A DNA stretch of 64,000 bases from Raja brachyura (Eukaryota), in the NCBI GenBank assembly GCA_963514005.1, contig OY740792.1:31496001-31560000 (forward strand). Reading direction: 5' to 3'. The notes under the pieces were generated by a model. That model saw only the letters and a list, made by a program, of their open reading frames with translations, was not told the DNA's origin and made no database searches. Below, piece after piece: positions 21,966-32,512 of the stretch. A program made the translations under genes and the position numbers. The first letter of the stretch is position 1. Each line of letters begins with the position of its first letter.

Positions 21966-23872
21966 GGTTCGTTGAGCATGTCAAAGACCACCGGATACCA
22001 AGGCTGTGTGGGCCAGTCGGGTATAATAAGGATGCCCTTGGCAGCATCTGCCTGAATCTTTCGCAATACCCGACTGATGAGGCAAAACGGAGGGAAGGCA
22101 TAGAAAAACCAATTCCCCCAGTCCAGCGAGAATGCATCTAGCGCTATTGCCCCAGGATCTGGTTCCCATGAAACGTAGGCTGGTACCTGATGGTTTAACC
22201 GTGACGCAAAAAGGTCAATGTCCGGTTTACCAAATTTGGCTGTGACTTTAGAAAAAATCTCAGGATGCAACATCCATTCAATGTTGTCATTAAATTTGCG
22301 TGACCTGGTGTCCGCCACAGTATTAAGCTCACCTGGCAAATAGGTAGCTGAAATCCAAATGTCTCTTTGAACACACCAGAGCCAAATTGAATTAGCCAAT
22401 TTGTCACACGAAACTGACCTGGTACCACCCATATGGTTTAAATATGCCACAGCTGTGGTGTTGTCTATTTGGAGACGGACGTGTGCTCCAACAAGCTTGG
22501 AACAATATGCACGAAGTCCGTGGAATGCTGCCAGCAACTCCAAATAGTTAATCCCTTGAGTCAACAACATCGATGCCTCAAGGGTGTCCCATCTGCCCCC
22601 ACAACTAGAGCAATTATCAGTAGCTCCCCAGCCATTGGAGCTTGCGTCAGTCTGTAAATATACCACCGGATTAGCCTCCCTAACAGGCTTAAATGAGTTG
22701 CTAATGTGACACACCCACCATTGCAACTCAGTTATCGCTTCGGACGGCAGCTGCATTGATCGATCATAATGACCAGCGTTCCGTTTTAACGCAGTAATTT
22801 TAGCTCTTTGCAAATTCTGATAATGCAAAGGTCCATATCGTGCTGCCGGAAACAAAGCCACTAGCTTGCCAATTACTGTGGCTGTATGCCGAATCGATGG
22901 TATATTGGTGCCAATTACATCTCTGCACACCTGAGTGACTTCCTCAATTTTGTTAATTGGTATAGTTATCCTCATGCTCATTGAGTTCACCGTGAACCCT
23001 AGATAATTAATTACCTGGGCAGGGCAGAACTTCGATTTCTCTGGATGGACAATGAACCCTAATTGTTGAAATATATTGACAGCAGCTGCAACACCCTGTT
23101 CAGCCAATTGCAGGGTGTGGCCCACAATAAAGACATCATCTAAATAGGCCATAACTATATGATGTCGTTGTCTCAAATAAGCCATGATTGGCTTCACCAA
23201 TTTAATGAACAATCTAGGGGCTGTAGTGAGCCCATTAGGCAAAGCCTTATACTGCCAAAGCTGCCCCATCCAGATAAATTTCAGAAACCTTCTATCATAT
23301 TTCTGGATGGATACTGAATAATATGCATCCCTTAAATCAATGCATGCCATAAAGCAGCCATGAGAAATCAATGATTTGGCTGTTTCAAACGTATCCATTT
23401 TAAAATGAGTATATGTTACAAACGTATTCAAACGGGTTAGATCAATAATGACACGACAGCCTCCATCCTTCTTAGGTCTAGTAAATATGTTCGAAACAAA
23501 TTCAATTGGCTCATGCACCGTTTTCTCAATCACACCCTTCTGTTCCAGACTTAAAATTTCCTTATAACCTGCTGCCTGTTCTGCAGCAGACAATTTGAAC
23601 GTACGACCAGGCATGTGCTGGGATGGAGGAATGTCGCCATTAATAAACTCAATTTTATGCCCCTGAATATTCCGCAACACATACTCATCACCAGTAAAAT
23701 TACCCCATGCACCCAAAAACAACCGTAAACGACCACCAACATGGGAAGTTAAACAGAGAGAAAAAAGAGAACCAGACCCCCTCACCTCCGTGGTTACCGG
23801 CGGTCCTTGACACGTGTGGGTGGCCGTGGAGGTGCTGGGTTGGCTTGAGGGCGCGGCGTCTTCGATTTCCAC
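21863..23872 (-). CDS. DIRS pol: reverse transcriptase + RNase H + adenine-methyltransferase-like domain (true start uncertain)
   Basis: RT motifs KKDGGCRVIIDL, IDLRDAYY, LPNGL and YLDD. RNase H motifs TDAS, LELLA, IDN and ADTRS. C-terminal DLFAS...DAF...YAFPPF...PDWPTQPW. Confidence 0.96.
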   Translation of the reverse strand: MEIEDAAPSSQPSTSTATHTCQGPPVTTEVRGSGSLFSLCLTSHVGGRLRLFLGAWGNFTGDEYVLRNIQGHKIEFINGDIPPSQHMPGRTFKLSAAEQAAGYKEILSLEQKGVIEKTVHEPIEFVSNIFTRPKKDGGCRVIIDLTRLNTFVTYTHFKMDTFETAKSLISHGCFMACIDLRDAYYSVSIQKYDRRFLKFIWMGQLWQYKALPNGLTTAPRLFIKLVKPIMAYLRQRHHIVMAYLDDVFIVGHTLQLAEQGVAAAVNIFQQLGFIVHPEKSKFCPAQVINYLGFTVNSMSMRITIPINKIEEVTQVCRDVIGTNIPSIRHTATVIGKLVALFPAARYGPLHYQNLQRAKITALKRNAGHYDRSMQLPSEAITELQWWVCHISNSFKPVREANPVVYLQTDASSNGWGATDNCSSCGGRWDTLEASMLLTQGINYLELLAAFHGLRAYCSKLVGAHVRLQIDNTTAVAYLNHMGGTRSVSCDKLANSIWLWCVQRDIWISATYLPGELNTVADTRSRKFNDNIEWMLHPEIFSKVTAKFGKPDIDLFASRLNHQVPAYVSWEPDPGAIALDAFSLDWGNWFFYAFPPFCLISRVLRKIQADAAKGILIIPDWPTQPWYPVVFDMLNEPWVLLKGCPQLVTHPVSGEPHPCHGYLNLLACRF

Positions 23873-25545
23873 AAAGGTCTCTGCCGACCCTGTCCTAAAA
23901 AAGACCCTTGGTGCTGGTTCTGGTGCTGTTGTCGTTGTGGAGCTAGAGGGTGAGTCCTCGTCGAGGCACTGGCCGACCCTCGTGAGCGAATGTATGGAGC
24001 TTTTGAGCCTGACGGTGTGGGGGCACTCTGAGAGCGCATGATCCCCACCGTTTTGGCTTGTTCGTCAAGCTCTTTGACTCTCTTCGAGAGGTCCTCACCA
24101 AAGAGCTGACGGGGCGGCGGCGGTGGTTTGCACAATCCTGCAAACTTCAGGTTGAGTGCTGGGCGGATGCTGTTTTTGCGAAACCCGTTGATTTCGTGCT
24201 GGGTCGCGCACAATAAGGCCAGAGCATCTTCCTGGTCCAAATTTAGTTCGTCCCCGTCCACCGACCGCGCAAAGGCGGTAATACCGGCCGTGAGGAGTTT
24301 CAGGATCCGCTGCAATTTTAGCTCTTGTTGACGGATAGCCGCACTGATGTTGCCCCATATTGGCGCATTGACCACAGGCACGTTGAGGGAGTTGCAGTTT
24401 GATGGAGCCTTGTGACGGCTCATAGCCTGGATGAGGACTTCTTCCTGCAGCACCTGATTATTAAGAAAGTCCACTGTGGCTGCCAGCTTTGTATTGAGAG
24501 GAAGACCAGCCGTATGTGGGGCCGCGAATTTGGTCGCCACATCCAAGAGTTCCTCCGCTGGCACCTCCAACGGAGGTGGTACGGGATCCACCAGAACCTC
24601 CTCCTCCTGCTGCTCCAGGCTGATAGTAGATGTTGGTGAAGACGCCCTGTGCCTGTTGCTGCCCTGCTGTTGTTGATGTTGAAGCAGGAGCTCCAGCAGC
24701 CGCTCCATACGGTCAATACGCCCTTCACCCTGAACACTCAGGTGGTCGGAGTCCTCCGGCTCTGAAAAGAAAACCGGGCTCCTGTCATCGGCCCGCACCT
24801 CGTCGAGGCCCTGCCGGTGCCGGTAGTTGTCGCTAACAGCCGCCGAGGCGAAACTGCGCGATTCCTGCGCGGGCGTGTTCAACCGCCTCCGTTTAGCGGG
24901 AGCTGAAGTCGCTGCCACTAAGGGCACTTGCGGTGAGGTGTCGGCACCAGCCGAAGCATGGCTGCCTGGGGCCCGCGCAGTCTTGCCGGCTGCCCACATC
25001 GTGGACGTTGCCGACGCATGGTCTCGCCCACCCATCCATGGGGGGCTCGGCGACCGTGACGAGACCCGACTCGACCGACCCGTCCCGGCGTCGAGAGTCG
25101 GGGTGTGCCGGCTGGACTTCACAGCCGCCCCGGGTCTCGCCCTGGAACCTGACCGCTCTTCCGCGATAGGCAATGCCTTAGCCCTAACAGGGTTAGGCTT
25201 CTGGGCTCCTGCCCTCCCCCTTCTCGGAGGGCTGAGTGGAACAGGCCGTGCCACGGCACGTGCCCTGCTCGAGGTCGCCAGCGAGCCCGCTGACGACCTG
25301 ACTGCCATGGCAGGGTCCCCCTGCTCTGGCGGCACACCACACTCCTCCTCGTCGAACTCCTCCGAGCTGTGGTGTGCTGGCGGATCTGGACCTGTGAACA
25401 CAGGGCTTACCCACATCTCCGCCTGAGTCCCGGCCTGCGCTGCAGGTACTGCCGATGGTAAAGGCCCCGGAACTGTTGACCGGCGAACTCGTCCTGACGT
25501 CCTCCGGCCCTTCGAACTCCCATCCATGTCCTTGCTGCAAGACAT
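23794..25545 (-). CDS. DIRS ORF1 (gag-like); the ATG at 25527 is an alternative start
   Basis: 583-aa ORF in the ORF1 position. Low-complexity N-terminus, with conserved VPVVNAPIW and LFGEDL motifs shared with copies B and C. Confidence 0.88.
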   Translation of the reverse strand: MSCSKDMDGSSKGRRTSGRVRRSTVPGPLPSAVPAAQAGTQAEMWVSPVFTGPDPPAHHSSEEFDEEECGVPPEQGDPAMAVRSSAGSLATSSRARAVARPVPLSPPRRGRAGAQKPNPVRAKALPIAEERSGSRARPGAAVKSSRHTPTLDAGTGRSSRVSSRSPSPPWMGGRDHASATSTMWAAGKTARAPGSHASAGADTSPQVPLVAATSAPAKRRRLNTPAQESRSFASAAVSDNYRHRQGLDEVRADDRSPVFFSEPEDSDHLSVQGEGRIDRMERLLELLLQHQQQQGSNRHRASSPTSTISLEQQEEEVLVDPVPPPLEVPAEELLDVATKFAAPHTAGLPLNTKLAATVDFLNNQVLQEEVLIQAMSRHKAPSNCNSLNVPVVNAPIWGNISAAIRQQELKLQRILKLLTAGITAFARSVDGDELNLDQEDALALLCATQHEINGFRKNSIRPALNLKFAGLCKPPPPPRQLFGEDLSKRVKELDEQAKTVGIMRSQSAPTPSGSKAPYIRSRGSASASTRTHPLAPQRQQHQNQHQGSFLGQGRQRPLWKSKTPRPQANPAPPRPPTRVKDRR

Positions 25546-25959
25546 AATCAGACAACAAGGACCACCAACTAAAGGTAGAATACTTACCTCCGTGGCCCCT
25601 TATGAAGGGCTGACGAGGAGCGCGCTCCACCGCCAGCCGTCGCAGCAACGCGTTACGACGATATGTCGAGCATGCGTGCCGGCGGGCTCTTCACGAAGTC
25701 ACTCACGTGACTCCGAAATGAAATTGAATTTTGTAGCTACAGTTCAGTTGTAAACGACCCAAGTGGAATAAGTAAGTATTTGAATAGGTCAAACATTGCC
25801 CATGTAATGGTGTGATCTTCAAGATATTTCAAGCAGGTTCCTCTTTATTAATAAACCTTCAATGTTGGAGCCCCATTAACTGCAAATAACACATTGGTCA
25901 CTGTTCCTCACTGCTATGATTTTATAGAGTTTCTGTAAATAAACTGATACAGATTTTTG

Positions 25960-26085
25960 TTTAGCGATAAAGTGTGGAAACAGGCCCTTCAGCCCACTGA
26001 GACCCCATCAATTACCCATTCACACAAGTTCTATGTTACCCCACTTTTGCATCCACTCGCAACCAACTAGGGGCAATTTTATGAA
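25960..26085 (-). mobile_element. SINE 3' fragment (V-SINE/HE1-like)
   Basis: GGAAACAGGCCCTTCAGCCCAC...CTAGGGGCAATTT is complementary to the tail at 37968-38080. Confidence 0.55.
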
Positions 26086-26685
26086 CCTATGAAGCCTATA
26101 GGTAAATCCAGCCCTGCCGAGGCCCCCCTAGATCTCAAGGCCCTAGGCTTTAGCTTGTGAAGCTTATACGTAAATCGGGCCCTGCACACATTCACACAAA
26201 CACAAACACACGCACACATTCACACACACACTCACATACACACATCTGTTACCTCACACTCACAGTCCTCACTATCCCTGAATTATTTCACTCACAGATT
26301 CCTCTCATTACAATGTTCTCCAATCTCCTCCTAACTTCCAACACATCCCACGCTTCAGATCTTTCTACTGCCCTTCCATGGGCATGTCTATCTCTGTTGC
26401 CTACGATGTCTCATCTTCACTCCTGGGCCCTTCCCCACATCCCATTCGCACACCCATACCTGTTCTCCATGAAACCCATCTGTCCACAGTTATCTGCAAT
26501 GTACCCATATTGAAGGCCCAGTTCCCAGCCGAGCTCCATCCTCACAGCCAGCTCTACTGTCAGCTGCTCAGTCATTAGCCAATTCCAAATCCCAGGCCCA
26601 CCAGTTTTGTTTGTCAGAGGATTTTGTTAATTTTCTGCAATTAATGCAATTAATCAAAAGCAAATATAACTTCTGCACAATTTTG

Positions 26686-26808
26686 TGTAGGAAGAAACTG
26701 CAACATATGGATTAAACCGAAGATAGACACAAAATGCCGGAGTAACTCAACGTGACAGGCAGCATCTCTGGAGAAAAGGAATGAGTGACGTTTCGGGCCG
26801 AGACCCTA
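26686..26808 (-). mobile_element. Penelope pseudo-LTR-derived short repeat (partial hammerhead motif)
   Basis: GAAGATAGACACAAAATGCCGGAGTAACTCA...GACGTTTCGGGCCGAGACCC. Confidence 0.75.
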
Positions 26809-26859
26809 TTTTGTCTGTTTCATCCACAATGGATGAATCTCACCATGTAATGTAATGCA

Positions 26860-27456
26860 TGGAGAGTTACCCTCGAGCATGAAGGAGAGTTAGGGCCTGT
26901 CCCACTGCAGCGAGTCTTGCGCTTGACTCAAACTCGCAGCATGGTCGACACGTGGTTCTAGGAGGTCACTGTAACTGCTTCACTGTAACTCTCTTTCATG
27001 GTCAAGGGAAGTTCCCGCTTACTCGCTTACTCAGTTTGGTCGAGGAAAAATTTTCAGCATGCTGAAAACATTTCCGCGAGTAAAAGATTGGTCAGCATGG
27101 TTCTTTTGAACTCGTAGTGCACTGGAATGGGGTCGCTAGGCAGTCAAGGTAGCTGTAGGCAATCTCCTTTGCTGACCAGGCATTTTAATTGGCTCATTAG
27201 AGTTTTCAGAACCAAAGAAATCCGACCGGTAATGTTAAATGCCCGATAAACTCTATTAAAAGTTGTCTGGCTTCTTAAAGGTGTCTCCACTCCTTCTCCC
27301 CTCCTTCTCCCCTCCTTCTCCCCCCTTCTCTCCCCCCCACATCTGCGCTCTCTAAAGGACTTACCGTACACTGTGCCAGCCATCTTTTACCTTCCTGTTC
27401 ATCGCGGGTGTGAATTTCAGACAGCGCTTCCCCGCTTTCCCTGGCCCCCGCCTTTG

Positions 27457-27505
<49 letters not shown>

Positions 27506-27727
27506 GACAGTCAATGCAGCTCGCGGTTTCTTCGCTGATGGTCGATACAGCTCGAGGTTTTTCAGGCGAGTGCCCTCGAGCTTGAAGGTCGAAGACAGTC
27601 GCTGAAAAGTCGCGTTAGTGGGACAGGCCTTTTACAGTGATCTCCTAGGACCACGTGTCGACCATGCTGCGAGTTTGAGTCGAGCGCAAACTCTACTAAA
27701 TTAGGTCGCCGCAGTGGGACAGGCCCT
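26860..27727. mobile_element. Composite Harbinger-type MITE: a copy (26893-27631) inserted in reverse into a fragment of the same family
   Basis: Three GGGCCTGTCCCACT-type termini. TTA at 26890-26892 and 27632-27634. (TG)n at ~27458-27504. Confidence 0.8.
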
Positions 27728-29519
27728 TAAGTGTTGAATCTGTGTACACAACTGATTCAGGCCTTGTTTTTCCGATTCCAACCACCGCCCTGGTGAAAAG
27801 ATTCTTCCTCAGAACCCCTCTAATCCTCTTACTCCTCATCTTAAATATATCCTCATTTAAATGTCTCCATTACAAGGAAGGTTTCTTGGATTTATGCCTT
27901 TCATAATTTTGTCTGTCCCCTCCCTCTGTGCTCACTTATCCTAAACTGTTACTGAACCCAGTTAACCCACTCTGCATTGTACCTTAACAATGAATTATTC
28001 TGTACTGGTCTGGATGTCATGGTGGAGGGGGTAATTTCTCAGTGCTAACAGGCATAAGCCAAGTCACCTATTGCAGAAATTGGCATTGATCCATGAGATA
28101 AAAAGTTGTTGCAAGTGACTGATTATACCAAGCCTGAAGCAATGCAATAAAGGTTCCAATCTGTATATGAAATTAGATTTAAAAAAATGATATGGTAGAT
28201 AAGAAAATCACACTGGAGATTCATGTTGGCACAATTAAGCTCTTTATTGCAAAGGCAAGATAAACATTATGCATAAAACCAATGTTCTCTTTCCCTTTCC
28301 AATTGATACTTTTATCGGTGCAGAAGCTGCAAATGTATACATAGATATTTTCCAAAGATTGCAATGTCTGAAAAATGCTGATCAGTACAGAAGCAACAGG
28401 TAAAATAATGACATAAAAAACAGGCAATGGTTGCAATAGTGAATAATCTTTATTCTTCTTTTCAAAGACCTGCAGTTTGCAGCCTAGCTATGTTTTGCAT
28501 GGATCCAGTGCTGGCCAGGCAGAGCTCCTTACATTGGTTAACAATCCCAGGCACAGGAGAATCAGTGCTTTTTGTAGAAACACAAAAGATCAATGTGTGA
28601 GAACTTGGAACATAAACACCATGAGAAAATGTTGCAGTTATTGTACAAGTGCAATGATTTCCGGAATGAGTCAATTTGTTCAACCGTCACAGCCTGTGAA
28701 ACGTTCAGCAACATGACCGTGTCAGTGCCACCAGACTGGGTACTGTGACAGATGTTATTGCAGCAGTACATTGAAAAAGGTGATTTTGGGGCCATTGTAA
28801 TGTCACCAGCCCACTACAGATAGAGCCACAAACTCTCAGTTTAGCAGCTTTCCTCCCTTTGGCATCATCTGACTATGATACGGAATTGAATAGAAACACA
28901 ACCACTATTAAGGTCACCTCCTGGATATAACATCCCTTCCCTCTAATTAGATAAAGTGCAGTCAATAGAAGGACCTTGCTACGATAAATGTGTATGGCCA
29001 ACAGAGGTCATGGTGAGGTTGAACTGGAGAAGTTGCTATCGAATAGAGTCCAGGGTGCTCACATCAAGGACATAGACAAGTAACACTGACTGTCTGGACT
29101 CCATACTTCCAACTTCACTCTTTCAGTAGGGTGGGACCTTAGGTATTTGGCCTGATGATGGTCTTGAGATCGCTGAAGAACTGGCTCGAGTCATGGCCGA
29201 CTGCAAGCTGCTGAACATCTCGCCCTCTTTCCATCTATCTTCGCTGTTGAATCTCAGTGTTGGATCTTAGTATTCAGGTGCATGCAGACGTATTTCTTAT
29301 TTCTTGAAGCACGACAGAGCTTCCAATTCAAGAGTGCCTTTGGTTTGTACTTCGATTAGTTCCTTTATCTCTTGGTCATTCTGATCAAATCTGCTTTGAT
29401 TTTTTTCTGTGGTGAAGCTGAGAGCCTATTCACTGGTGCTGACAATGGTGGCCAATCGGTCAGTCTAGAACCTGTGGACAATCTGCAGCGTTGTTTTTGC
29501 TGGGATTGTATGACCACCA

Positions 29520-30302
29520 GCGGCGCCGGGGAGATGGCTGCCCTGCCGGCAGTCTTTCTTTTTGTTATTTTTTAGTGCGTTAAAAGTTTGTTTTAATGTT
29601 CTTCAGTTTGTTTTATGTGGGGGGATGGGGGAGAGGGAAGGGGGGACGCGGAACGGGGAGGGGGGGAGGGAGTAGGGGGGAGGGGAGGGGATTTTTTTCA
29701 GGTTCTTACCTTCCCGGAGATGTGATCAATTTTCGGATCACTCCGGGCGTTCTGCGGCCTACCATCGATGGAGCTGGAGGCCTCCTCGGACTGTTGTGAG
29801 CCCCACCGTGCGGCGTGGACAACGTCGGAGCTGATCCCTTGCCTTGGGCTGCTCCCACTGTGACCACCATGGAACCAACACTAAGGGCTCGCAGCCTCCG
29901 GTGAGGCAGAGTCGGGAGCTCCAACGTCGCGGAAAGTTCGACCAGCCCCGACGCGAGGTTCGATCGTCCAGCGCAAAGGAGCTGACATCCCCCCGATGCA
30001 GGAGCAGATCGCCTCGATGCGGAGGGCCTGAATGCCGCCGGCTACGGGATTCAAGATCATCCGTCACCGGGGGCTCGAGGCCCACAACCGAGGAAGAACT
30101 AAGGAAGGACTTGAACTTTATTTCGCCTTCCATCACCGTGAGGAATGTGTAGGAGTCACTGTGGTGGATGTTCATGTTAAAATGTGTGTTTTTTTAGTGA
30201 TCTGTTGCTTTTAATTGTATGACTGACCTGGCCAATGAAATTCCTCGTATGTTGCAAAACATACTTGGCGAATAAAGTGTGATTCTTATTCTGATTCTGA
30301 TT
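29520..30302 (+). mobile_element. GC-rich non-autonomous retroposon (SINE-like) with LINE-type tail
   Basis: Colinear with 45930-46585 (GTTCTGCGGCCTACCATC, GTGAGGAATGTG, CGTATGTTGCAAAACATACTTGGC, AATAAAGT). Ends in (GATTCT)n. Confidence 0.7.
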
Positions 30303-31257
30303 GTCAGTCTGTGAAGAACTATCTTAGTGGGATCCTTGAGAATCTGTGCAATGATTTTCCCATGGCCAGAATACATGAGTCATGGATTGAACACATAATT
30401 GAAACAAGTAAGTGGGTGACTAATGGTCAGTGCCGACTCAGTGGGCTGTAGGGCGGGTGCCGATTCAGTGCTGTATGAGTATAACACTTCAACATAAAGG
30501 ATGGAACATTGTTAGAGAAAGGAGAATTTGTTTGTGTCTGAAGGTTCTCAGAGACACAAGTTGGAGCAAACTTTGCTGGCTCCAGGAAGAGTGAGTAAAC
30601 TGGGTGAACAGCAGACTGACCCACCCCAAGTCGCTTAGTGCAATGGTGCAAACTTAACAGCTGGAATCATCAGCCAGATGTGGTGTCTGAGCACAGCATG
30701 TGTACTTTGGCTCTGAAGGAGATGTTCAGGGGTTTATGGGGTGGGTCCATGTTGTGGCTGCTGAAAGAATGCTGCTGAGCTAGGAGAAACTGAATCCTAA
30801 GCAAGCGTTCAATAACGGACGGGCAATGGGGGCAACTTCTCCAGGACGGAGGAGTGGAGTTAGGTATGTTTGCACTGTTCCTAAAGGGATAACATACTGG
30901 CAAAGATGCTAGAATTCTAACATCACTATTGGAATACTCCAGATCTGAGAGCACCATGTTGCTGATGGGCAGTACAAGAAAGCACTTGGATCAGACATTG
31001 TCAGAGTGGTACAGATAGGCAAAGTGGAAGGAGCAGCATGGTGACTGGGCTGGTAATGTATCTTAACCAGAGTTAATGGATGTATAGCATTGCACTGCAG
31101 TGTGCTGGAAGCGGGTCACTGTATTATAAAGACTCCTGATGTGCAATTTTAAACGCACAGTTGCATTGAATTGCTGCAGCAAAATGCATTTTCTTTTTTA
31201 ATTTTACTATCAGGGTCATGGAATGAGAAAAGATGTCCAGGTGTAAAAGTAGAGATA

Positions 31258-31800
31258 TAAGAGACTGCAAATGATGGATTCTTGAGTAAAAAACAAACAG
31301 CTGGAGGAATTCAGAGGGGTCAGGTAGCATCTGTGGAGGGAAATGGACAGATGATGTTTTGTTTCAGGACTCTTCTTCAGATTGATGGAGTATAAGAGAG
31401 AAAGATGTTAGAGAGAGGTGAGGGGAAGGGATAGGGGCAAGATCTGGCAAGTGACAGGTAGATCCAGGTAAATTGGGGTTAGGTGAGTCAGGTGGGAGAG
31501 AAGGATGGAGATAGTAGCCAAGGCTGGATGTGATAAGTGGAGGACAAAAGGGTGCAAATGGCAGAATCTGATAAGAACTGGAGGTTGGAGTAAAATTTTA
31601 AACTGGAGGGAAGGATAGCGGGTGACTGGGTGAGGGGAGTGGGGTGAGTTTTAAAGTTGGGTAGATTAATATAAAGAATATACAAGAAAATGACAGGGAA
31701 TGGAAGATGCTGTTCTTCCAGCATCCAACACCCCTGTCCATTTCCCTCTACAGATGCTGTTTAACCCACTGGGTTCCTCCCACATTTGTTTTTTGCTCCT
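31258..31800. mobile_element. Old Penelope fragment with inverted pseudo-LTR arms
   Basis: GCATCTGTGGAGGGAAATGGACAG (~31327) vs CTGTCCATTTCCCTCTACAGATGC (~31734). Confidence 0.65.
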
Positions 31801-32512
31801 GTGTAAGAGTAATTTGCCAACTCTCCACATATAATAAAAGTTCACTGTGGTTTGGAGATTGCTTACAGTAACTTAGCACTGGATGTACAATACCCCCCCT
31901 TTGCGTTCAGCATCCTGCTAGGAGTGCAAGCTTTCAGAAACTTAATCTACACTTTTGTGAATGGTAACACTGAATTTAATCTCACAGCAATCTCTGAAAT
32001 CAAAGTCTGGATTGTCGCCTGGCAACTGAATGTAGCAAATGAAAACCGCAGGCTATCAATTTACCACAGCAATCTGCATTATCCAAATGTTACTGGGTGG
32101 TATTTCGCTTCTGACATTCCAATGGCCCTAAAACTAAAAGCGTTGTAAACCGCAGCGGAATAGGTCACCTCCCTGGGAATGAATGGCGCTGTTTCACCAA
32201 AAACAAAACAATATCGCAGTTTAATTGTCATTAATTTTTTTAATGTTCACTGTGTGACAATTTAGCATTTTGACATTGTTGTGATATCTGCAAATGATTG
32301 TTTCTTGTGTAGCTTAATTACTGTCAACTTTACATTAATATACAAAATTGCAACTATAGTTAAAATGTACTTTATATCCGCCATCCCTTGCAGCGATAGC
32401 TCATGTTGACATCTCGTGGCTAGTGGATATACAGTAAAGGAGAGCATTGTATTGTGCTGGAAGGGTTTGCTGTATTCTAAGCACATGGTATGTGCTCCCA
32501 CATACACAGTAA

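Larger units (their letters stand above)
20409..25723 (-). mobile_element. Full-length DIRS1-type tyrosine-recombinase retrotransposon
   Basis: Three long overlapping ORFs, inverted terminal repeats (~20482-20517 vs ~25662-25697), ICR at 20631-20743 complementary to both ends, and no TSD. Confidence 0.97.

Noticed and set aside
20886-23872. Prophage integrase, or a bacterial RT/methylase (retron-like) system
   Set aside because: Domain order, overlapping ORFs, ITRs and ICR are diagnostic of DIRS1, and the flanks are vertebrate repeats.
24827-25426. 199-aa antisense ORF within gag
   Set aside because: GC-rich shadow frame. I saw no equivalent in the other DIRS copies.
28440-29350. Host coding exons
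   Set aside because: Short ORFs without recognisable domains or a coherent splice structure. More likely an old LINE remnant, which I could not classify.
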